From Podarcis melisellensis (Eukaryota), in the NCBI GenBank assembly GCA_964234715.1, contig OZ174278.1: 64,000 bases of DNA; one strand, written 5' to 3'. The notes under the pieces are model-generated. The model made no database searches. It worked only from the letters and a program-made list of their open reading frames with translations, and was not told where the DNA came from. Position numbers and translations under genes: made by a program. The first letter of the stretch is position 1; each line of letters starts with the position of its first letter. Of the stretch, positions 1 to 9,398 are shown one piece after another.

Positions 1-405
1 AGGACTCTGTTACCTGAAGGAGTTCCTCTTCCTATTCTCTCCTGCCCAGTCTTTGAGATTGCCTGGATTACTAAGAACTCTTAGTAATACTATCAGGTGT
101 GGAGGTCTATGGGTCAGGGACCCAATGGAGAGCTTTCTCAGCATTAGCACCCCGGTTATGAACCCCCCCCAAGCTTTGGCTGGCTTTGGCTACCCTATCT
201 GTGTTTCAGTACCAGATAAAAATATTCTATTTCAGAACAGTACTGTAGGAGTGGCATATGTAGTGCAGCTTTTCCTGCAGTGGATTCTGTTTTATCTTTG
301 ATTGCTTTGTGTTTTGTATGTATTATAGTGTTGTAATCTGCTCTGGACTCTGATGAAAGGTGATATTTATTTATTATTTATTATAAGTTTATTTATATAA
401 TTATT
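1..405 (+). mobile_element. Degraded L2 3' fragment
   Basis: L2-like ORF end (GAGCTTTCTCAGCATTAGCACC..), T-rich UTR and (TTA)-rich tail. Confidence 0.5.
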
Positions 406-1319
406 ATACTTGTTGTGACCGACTCAAATCATAGGGCACCTTTAAAACTAATTTATCATGGTATGAGCTTTTAAGTTAGGGACTGTCAGGGTTCCAAAGA
501 GAGTGTGGTAGAGGCAAGGAACCAGAGATTTATGGTGTGTGATGCCACCCACAAGGCAGGAGCCAGGGGAGAAAGGGGAGTCAGGGTAGTCCGAGGCAGA
601 GGAAAGTACAAAGGATGTGGTGAAAGAAGGGGCGGTTCACGTGAGGGACCCCACCTTCCCCCACCCTACTGTCTCATAGAACCAGGAATAGCTTGAAAAG
701 GGAAGCCCAGTGAAGGCTCAGGTAAAGGCACGCAACCCGTCAGAGGACGGTCATGACATTTTATAGGCAAGAGCCTATTTGATGCATGAAGTGGACACAA
801 TTGGTATATACATGTTACATAGATTTCACGCTGTAATATGTTGCACATTATCTACTTATCAAAGATGGAGGCAAGCAAGTAGTCAAGCCAGTGACTTGGT
901 AGAAGTTAGGCAGTGTTACTAGTGGTTTCTGGGCAGCTTTGACTACGCTAGCTTGATCTTTCTCAAAATGAGGAGCCTGGCCAGAGTTTGCACTTATGTA
1001 ATAAAAGGCCAGATGGGATTCTACTGGTTCCTCACGTTACCAGTTCTAGGTTAGGCTATTTTGTGCCACAGAGCTATAGCTGGCAAACTAGCCAAGCCCT
1101 CTGTAGGCTTCCTAGTGGCATGGAGCTCTGTGACCGGTCCTCAGTTTGGCATTCCCACACAACTTCTCAAAGTATGAGAAAATTCCAGGGTACCAGTTAT
1201 CAGGGACAGTTTCTGTTGTGGCAAGAGCACAGTGGGGAGAATTCCTTCTGTAATAAAGTGTGTATATACAAATGTACAGGTTGAGAAGATTGCAGGCATG
1301 TAGTACTAGCCCTTTAGTA

Positions 1320-1688
1320 AAAGGTAAAGGTACCCCTGCCCATATGGGCCAGTCTTGACATACTCTAGGGTTGTGCGCTCATCTCACTCTAGAGGCCAGG
1401 AGCCAGCGCTGTCCGCAGACACTTCTGGGTCACGTGGCCAGCGTGACGAAGCTGCTCCGGCGAACCGGCACCAGAACACAGAGCAGCACACGGAACGCCG
1501 TTTACCTTCACGCTAGAAAGCGGTACCTATTTATCTACTTGCACTTAATTGTGCTTTCGAACTGCTAGGTGGGCAGGAGCTGGGACCGAACGACGGGAGC
1601 TCACCCCGCTGCGGGGATTCGAACCGCCGACCATGCGATCGGCAAGTCCTAGGCGCTGAGGTTTTACCCACAGCGCTACCCGCGTCCC
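1320..1688 (-). mobile_element. Sauria SINE, full length
   Basis: 5' GGGACGCGGGTAGCGCTGTGG tRNA-like head, B box GGTTCGAATCC, (ACCTTT)n tail, TSD AGCCCT(T/A)TAGTA at 1308-1319 and 1689-1700. Confidence 0.93.
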
Positions 1689-1927
1689 AGCCCTATAGTA
1701 TCTGTCCCTAAAACCATACCACACCATTGCAGTTCCCTAAGTATTGAAAAATGTGAATAAAATAAAATAAAATAAAATTCCTGGTTGCCTACAAAGTGCT
1801 GTTGCCCCTCGAACAGATATTCTCAGGCAGTTGCTTACCTAGATAGTATATATGCTGTCCTTTATTTATTTAACAGAATTTATATACTGTTTAATCACCA
1901 AAATATTAAAGAGGCTTACATCCATAT

Positions 1928-1995
1928 TCATAGAATCATAGAGTTGGAAGGGACCCAAGGGTCATCTAGTCCAACCCCCTGCAGTGCAGGAATAT
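1928..1995 (-). mobile_element. CR1-type 3' tail fragment
   Basis: CATAGAATCATAGAGTTGGAAGGGACC...; similar short tails at about 20905-20945 and 35694-35755. Confidence 0.75.
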
Positions 1996-2016
1996 GACAA
2001 TATGTCATTTTTGATA

Positions 2017-2220
2017 CAGTCATACCTCGCGTTGCGTTTGCTTCATGATACAGTTTTTCAGGTTGCGTCCCACGGCAACCCAGAAGTACCGGAAAGGGTT
2101 ACTTCCGGGTTGCGCCACATGCACAAACACAAAATGACATAATGCACATGCGCAGACGTTCTGCTCATGTTGCGAACGGGGCTCCGGAACGGATCCCATT
2201 TGCAACCAGAGGTACCACTG
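2017..2220. mobile_element. Tc1/mariner (Tigger-like) MITE
   Basis: TA|CAGTCATACCTC...GAGGTACCACTG|TA. Confidence 0.85.
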
Positions 2221-3824
2221 TATATGGTTTCTAGGCCTTTTAAGCAAGGCACATTTTACTTTGGTCAACCAGCCTCACTTTTTCTACAACTTTGAACAAT
2301 TAACTGTATGTATCATTCTCTTTTGTCACATCTCTTTTATACAGTAACACAGGCCCTCTGAGCAATGATCATGTCATGCTTGTGTTTTGTGCAGTGCTAA
2401 TTGCTGGTTGTAAATCAGCCGTAGATGGTAGTAAAGGGAGGAATCCAAACCCAATAACTGAAATAGGCAAATATCTGGCTGCTGAAGTCTCAGCTCATCC
2501 AGAGATACAGTGCCATAAGTTCTCCATTCTGGCTCAGCTGCGGCTCAACCGAAGCCAGAGAGTTTCCTGAAAAAGGGATGAGGCAAGGGGAGACTTACCT
2601 CTATTCAAACTCGATTTAGCTGGTTTGCATGACCTAGCAACCCAGTGGAAGCTACACTGGCAGAAAGGATAGTGGAAGTTGAAGTTTATTTTAGAGGCTT
2701 GTTTTCCCGCTGCCAAGCCCGAGCTGGTCCAGCCAGCAGTAGCCCTGCTTCTGAATGGAGTTTGGAATAGGGGTAAATTACAGAGCATAGTTTATCCTAG
2801 CCGCTTAAAATGGGCATCTTTGAGACTTCCCTCTAGTTTGAATGCATACATAATACAAGTAAAGCAGTAGGAAAGTTTGCAGTGCCAGTGGGGAATTTTA
2901 GTTGTTTCAGACAACCTGTCAGAACAAGTTCTTTTTTAAAATAGGGTTGGAAGCCTCTGCTATCTTCAGATAATTTGCTAATAGCTTTCTGCTCCCTTAA
3001 GCAAAATGACACATGTATAGAGAAACTTTGAGTCAGTTTGACTCTACTCATGGTAGTCAGTGAGTCGTCTCATTTATATCGTAATTAAGGAACTGGTTCG
3101 TGTCTATCTGAGCATACTTTATATTGCACAACTATTCTGAAATTACTTTGGTGGAGATTTGTATTTATTAGAATTCCATCTGAAAATATATGTGGTTTTA
3201 ATTAGCTGAGGCTGAAGCCACACCCAAAGCATCTGTTTCTTGGCATCTCCTCCAACACCACCCTTATCTGGTCCCTTTGGTATGTGAAGAATTAGATGGC
3301 TTGCCCAAATTATGTAACAAATGACAATACCAGAGCTAGAAAAATACTCAGAAGGAAAAAGGTTTCCCGTGCAAAATGTTAAAGGCAGTAAGAAGATATA
3401 TTGTATAGCAGATGGGATGAAATAAGATGGCATGTTACCATACTCAGTTGAAACAACTACATACATGCACATTTGATTTCTCTAAAATAACATTTCAAAA
3501 TAGTTTATGGGAAAGTATGGATCCAATATATTCCCTTTATCAGATTATTCTCACCTAAGTATCATACTAAACTTTAGCTGAGAGTGGAAAGAGGAAAAGC
3601 TAAATTCCACTGAAAACAAATTTGTTTATAACTGAAAGTGTCTAATTTCAAAAGTTTATTACAATACTAGGGGCTGCACCCTTGCTTGCTTTTATTAGCC
3701 CAATGCCTCTAGCCACCCTCCAGAACCTCCCCGCCACACTAACCTCTTAGACCAGGTAACCTTTTTGGCCACCCTGCAGGTCAACTTTGACGGTTGGGTG
3801 GGACAACCCACCTGTCAGTCATAT

Positions 3825-4036
3825 GATTTACTTATAATTACATTGATATCCCATATTTTCTCCAAAGAGCTCAAGGTGGCCTGCATGGTTCTTCCTCTCC
3901 CCATTTTATCTTCACAACAGCCCTGTGAGGTAGCTTAGACCAAGACACAGTAACTGCCCAAGGTCCCCTAGTCAGCATCATGGGGGAGGGGGGATTTGAA
4001 CCCTGGTCTCCCAGCTCAAAGGCCAACATCCTAACT
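3825..4036 (-). mobile_element. tRNA-derived MIR/L2-tailed squamate SINE
   Basis: B box (GGATTTGAACCC on +) and CACAACAGCCCTGTGAGGTAG core; related copies at about 14760-14895 and 61975-62180. Confidence 0.75.
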
Positions 4037-4198
4037 CAGTGGTCGCCAACCAATTGGACCTGTGGGCACCACAACCCATTATGTTGACGCTGATGGAATG
4101 CCTGTTTCAAGCCTAATTTCAGCAGGGAACCCTGTGAGCACCGGAGAAGGTCTGCGTGGGCACATGTGCACCTGAAGCTGCCATATTGGTGATCCATG
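4037..4198. mobile_element. Old hAT MITE inserted in a SINE head
   Basis: CAGTGGTCGCCAA...TTGGTGATCCATG; degenerate TSD TCCTAACT/TTTTAACT. Confidence 0.6.
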
Positions 4199-5698
4199 TT
4201 TTAACTACTGCAGTGAAAGTGCCAGGCCTCTGCATCAAAAGCAGGGGGAGGAAGGTGGTGGCGGCACCTTTTCTCTAGGCTTCATCTTTATGCTTTTAAT
4301 TTGTTCTCTGGTCCCTTCAATGGCAACTTAATAGATGAGTCGAGAGGCCTTCGCCATGAGACAAGGGGGAAAAAAGAAGTAAAGAGAAATGATTATTCCT
4401 TAACAGTATGCCATTGCTCACCCCAGAGGTCTTCTTGAACCAGAACATGCCACCTCCTTACTTAAATAGCTAAATTCTCTCTGGCCTCACAACCATTCCC
4501 GATCATTTCCTCACCTCATCAGAGCCAATCTTATCCATATCCAGGGCATTGGGCCAGTAAAAAAAAAAGGATGCTCATTCTTCCAGTCCAGGGTATCCTC
4601 TTTACCCTTTCAACAGCACCGCCAAAAATTAAAATGGGTTGAAGGGTCTTCATCACTGCACTAAACGTGGGGCACCTGGGTCCTCCAGGTTTGACAAAAA
4701 TCTGCCATGAGCAACTTGCGGAGAGTGCAGGAAGGAATTAGACCCACTGAGAATGTGGCTGTGAAAGGTGTTCGTGCTTGACTCAGAAAGAACAGGAGGC
4801 AAATAAAAGATTTTGAGGAGTATCACTGAATTGTATGGCTTATGAGAGAAGCAGTGTTAGAAAGTCAGATATATCAGCTAGGTGCCAAATGGCTCCTTAA
4901 ACCAGGCTTACAGTCGCCAAAACGGCATGCCTAGTTGCCATTTTGGGGCCAGAAGGCTCAGAAGTCATATTTTTCAATACAACTCTTTGGTTCCTGAAAT
5001 TCATTCTGATTGTACAGATAAAATTTAACAGAAAGTATTGTACAGGATGTGCTGCTAGTTTGTGAAAACAGTCGAGATCCAAGGATCCTCAGGCATGCAA
5101 CACCAGAAGATGGAGATACCAGGCACCATCTAGGTACCAGGGCATCCTCACTTGGTTGATTTGATTGACATCCTTTGCCCCTTTAAAATGTTTTGGGAGG
5201 GTATTGGGTTTTTTTAATTTATTTTGGCTTTGTACTTTGTGGTTTTATATTCTGATTTTATCCTGAGACTTGCAGGTTTAGGGTAGTATATAAATTCAGT
5301 TAATAATAAGAATAATTCACTTGGTCGCAAGTCATCCAGCGGGATTGTGTCACAATGGGGCACATGCCACTGTTACTTAGCAACCTTGCAGAACAATGTG
5401 CATTGTTCCTCTTAATATTAGGGTTTTGTTTTTTACAAAATAGCTTTCAGTGAATTAAGCTTTTCTTTATTCATATTTATTTGTTAGAATTCTGAACCAC
5501 CCTTTACCCAGTGGATCCCATTGTAGTGTTCAATCATTTTCTTTTTTAAAAAAGTGCAATGTAATAATATCCTTAAAACAAAAATAAGACTGAGAGGCAA
5601 CAAAAATATAAAACTATTGAAGCAGAAGAGACTACACAAAATCCCTGGGCAAAAAAGCATTTTGTACTCTTATACACAGGTTGTTTATCCACCAGAAC

Positions 5699-6145
5699 TG
5701 TTAGGTATTTGTAATGGTTATAGGGGTTGCTCATGCGTAAGTTGCCGCCGCTCCTGGCTAGGTTACCTGGTTAAACCCTTTCTGTCTGGACAGCCCTTCA
5801 CTTCGTGGCTGTCTCAGTCGCTGGCAGAATCCGTCAGTGGGCGTTTCTTGAACCTCTTCCAGCAAAGAAGTTCTTTGACACCAAGTCTCCGCCTACTCTC
5901 CCTGCGCGGAAGTCTTCTGTGCAGGGTGGGTGTGGGCAGCGGAGGACCCGTGCTCTCCCCACTGGTCTCCGGCGAGGAGTCCTGGAGCCCCCTCGCCGAT
6001 TCCCCCATCTGCCCCCCCTTTACCCCTGGTGTTATGCTGATTTCCTTCCCCAGCCGATGAGCTGCCTCTCTCCCTGCTGGGCCCCTCTCCAGCATCGCTT
6101 TGGAGCCTTGCCTCCGCCTCTAGCTCCGATGGCAGTTCCCTGACA
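5699..6145. mobile_element. Possible solo LTR
   Basis: GC-rich block sharply bounded by TGTTAGG...CCTGACA inverted termini; no clean TSD. Confidence 0.45.
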
Positions 6146-7659
6146 GTATTCCATATTTGTTTTACTAAATACATGTGTTTCTCCTCCCTGAAGAATTCTG
6201 GGAGTTATATTTGTCAGAGTGCTGAGGACACAGCTGCATGTTTCCGTTTTCCCTTCACAGAATTGTATTTCCTAGGATGCTCTGATTTGAGGAAATCACT
6301 CTTAAATCAGTTAAAATCTGCAGTGATGAGCCCAGGGATCGAAATCTCTGCTCAGATGTCCTAATAAAAAAGGTGAGAGTACCCCAAATAATTACTTCTT
6401 CCCATTCAACATACACATTGTCATTTGGCGCTCCAACTTTCCATGTTTATTTTATTTTTTCAAAAGTAGGTTGGCTTTTTACTTTACCAAAAGTAAGGTG
6501 TCGTGGCTAATATTAGTCATACTCTGAGTGGACTCATTGAAATCAGTGTGGGTCTACTCTGAATACGACTACCACTAGGTATCATCTTGTTTTCATTTGC
6601 TTAGGGCAAAGCTCCCAGTTTGGTGCTTCTCCTGAGGTATTGCACACTGTTGTAAAAAGGAAGTCTATCACCTTGCCTCATTTACTGATTAATGTGAAAT
6701 ATAAAGCAAGCAAGCAACTATTTTTCCTGTATAAGCTAACTCTCCATTTCCACTGCCCTTTCCTAAAATTCCTTTTACTGTGAGAAATGACCGCTAGCTT
6801 CGTGTGTTTTTAGTACAGACAATTTTCTGTTACAGACATTACAAACTAGCAATGCAACCATGTGGGTGACGCATATTTTGATCCTACCCTCACTGCTCTC
6901 CTGCTGCTGAATGGAATTCTATGTTTTGTCAGTGACAGAATCTATATAAATTCTATAGGCATTCAGATCAGCATGAGGCAGACTTTTAAGTGGATTTTTC
7001 AGGGTCAGAATCAAAGTCTCAGTGCTGCTATCACAGCAGCAGAATATGCTCAAATTGACCACATGATGTTCTTTCTTCTTAAGTACTGTAGATTTAAGCA
7101 TTGCTGCTTACTGTATACTTTCAGTATATTGAGTGTTTAGTAGTAGCTCCTTAGGATGTCGTGAGTCAACTCCCCTGCTCTTCTTTGGAAACACACATAG
7201 AGATTTTGCTGCTTGACAACAGCATAATTTAAAACATTTGGACTGAGAGAAAATCTACTTTTTTAAAAAAAAGCTCTTTAGAAGCATTGCATAACCATTT
7301 TTTGAAAACATTTTAGCTTATAAGAGCTTCTAGCTCAGTTGTTGCTTTTTAAAATAGTTTAATGCAAAGACATCGCTTCGTAACAGACCCTCAACCATAA
7401 CTACATCTGGTGGGGAATCCATTTTCAATCTTCCACACAAAGACAATGCTGTGCATTTTTTTTAAAACATGCACTGTCACTCATTTCCCATTATCCATCA
7501 GTAGATTGACTGTAACTGAAAAGCTCTGCTTTTTCAGTGTCTCTATGAAAATGGGTTTAGTTCATTTGGGAGTTGGGGAATCAATTGATTATGGCCTCAG
7601 TTGTTTTTTTGTCTTGTATTGGAATGTCTGGCAGTGGCACACCGAAATGGATCAAATTA

Positions 7660-8014
7660 CAGTGGTGCCTCGCAAGACGAAATTAATCCGTTCCGTGAGG
7701 CTGTTCATATAGCGGTTCTTTCATCTTGCGAAGCAAGCCCATTGACAGCTTAGCGGATTAGCGCTATTAGCGGTTTAGCGGCTTTTAGCGATCAGCTGTT
7801 AAGCGGCTAATCAGCGGATCAGCTGATAAGCGGCTTAGCGGCTTAGGAAAGGTGGGGGGAAGGAAAAAAAACCCGCAGGAACTCGCAAGACATTTACGTC
7901 TTGCGAAGCAAGCCCATAAAGAAATTCGTTTTGTGAAGCGCCTCCAAAACGGAAAACCCTTTCGTCTAGCGGGTTTTCCGTCTTGCGAGGCGTTCATCTT
8001 GCGGGGCACCACTG
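7660..8014. mobile_element. Tc1/mariner MITE with internal TTAGCGG-type repeats
   Basis: TA|CAGTGGTGCCTCGCAAGA...TCTTGCGGGGCACCACTG|TA; same termini as 59104-60240. Confidence 0.92.
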
Positions 8015-8204
8015 TATATAGAAATCTTTGGAATCTTTTTACTGCTGCTATTATGAATGTATTGGACTAAGGCCACCACTGTTTCCTTTGCTTACCAACT
8101 CTGCTTACCCTCCCCTTGCGAACGACTACAGTCTCTTTACACCTCACCAGCCCCTTCCCTTTACACCCCATCATCACCCCCTTCAAGGAGAATGGTTGCA
8201 GTTT

Positions 8205-9038
8205 CAGACCCTCCAAGCGTCCTTATTTTCCAAGGACTTTCCTGATTTAGAGAAGCCATCCCAGTTTCTGATTTGATCCTGGAATGTCCCACTTTTCCTT
8301 AGGATATCCCTATTTTCAATGGAGAAATGTTGGAGGGTATGGAGTTATCTGACCCCAAGCCATCTGAAGGCAGTCATGTATAGGGAAGGTTGTTTTAATG
8401 TTAAATGTTTTATTATCTTTTTATATACCGTATTTTTCGCCCCATAGGACGCACCGGCCCATAGGACGCACCACTTTTTTGGGGGGGAAATAAAGAAGAA
8501 AATTTTTATTCCCCCCCAGGCGCTTGCGGGGCTGGCAGCGGGGAGAAGCGCTCTTCTCCCCGCCGCCCGCCTGCAGACCAGGTCCGGGGACAGCGGGAAG
8601 ACGCGCTGCGCCTCCCTGCTGTCCCCGGAGCTTGCGGGGCTGGCGGCGGGGAGAAGCACGCGTCTCCCCGCCGTCAGCCTCCAAACCACATCGGGAGACA
8701 GTGGGATGGCGGCGTTCCGCCTCCCGCTGTCCCCGACCTTGTGGGGCTGGTGCTGTGGCTCTCCTGAAGCCTGGAGAGTGAGAGGGGTCGGTGCGCATCG
8801 ACCCCTCTTGCTCTCCAAGCTTCAGCGAAAGCCTGCATTCGCCCCATAGGACGCACATACATTTCCCCTTCATTTTTGGAGGGGAAAAAGTGTGTCCTAC
8901 AGGGCGAAAAATACGGTACATTGGAAGCTGCCTGGAGTGGCTGGAGCAATCCAGTAAGATGTGTGGGGTATAAATAGTAAAATTATTATTATGGAGTAGG
9001 ATGCCCCTATTTTCATCAGAGAAAAGTTGGAAGGTATG
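8205..9038. mobile_element. Composite non-autonomous DNA transposon (CA(G/T)ACC(C/T)TCCAA termini, 6-bp TSD) containing an L2-like tail and a nested MITE
   Basis: Left TIR CAGACCCTCCAA at 8205; right TIRs ending at 8341 and 9038; CAGTTT on both flanks (8199-8204, 9039-9044). Confidence 0.75.
8428..8916. mobile_element. Mariner-type non-autonomous element (TIR CCGTATTTTTCGCCC, TA TSD)
   Basis: TA|CCGTATTTTTCGCCCCATAGGAC...GTCCTACAGGGCGAAAAATACGG|TA; GC-rich internal repeats. Confidence 0.9.
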
Positions 9039-9398
9039 CAGTTTGAGGGATCTGTAAGGGGGGCATGGGCTTCTAAGAGGGTTTGGCAAGGTTAACGGAA
9101 GTCTGGGTTTAGCAGCAGGCTCACCTGGGCCATCCACTATCCGCGCTACTCGGCTGTGCTGCCTGCTCACCAGTCCATCTTGACTGCTTGCCTGGACTGC
9201 CTGCATGCCTGCCTGTTTACCTGGGCAACCTGCTTGCCCCTTTCTACATCCCCCCACTCCTCACCATCCAGTGTTGCTTTTCTGTTATGCTGTAGTTTGT
9301 AGCACCATCTGTTGGCAGCCCCGCAAACTGCAGCCTGACAACATCCCTACAGTTTCATTAAATATTGCTTTCTATTTGATATGGATTAGACTGGTTTT

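Noticed and set aside
9150-9240. Degenerate (CCTG)-rich tract resembling an MBNL target
   Set aside because: Intergenic, imperfect and on the strand opposite to MBNL2; no evidence of transcription.
8345-9257. ORFs of 157 and 278 aa on the minus strand
   Set aside because: They run across a GC-rich MITE and low-complexity flank; stop-poor by composition and without domain features.
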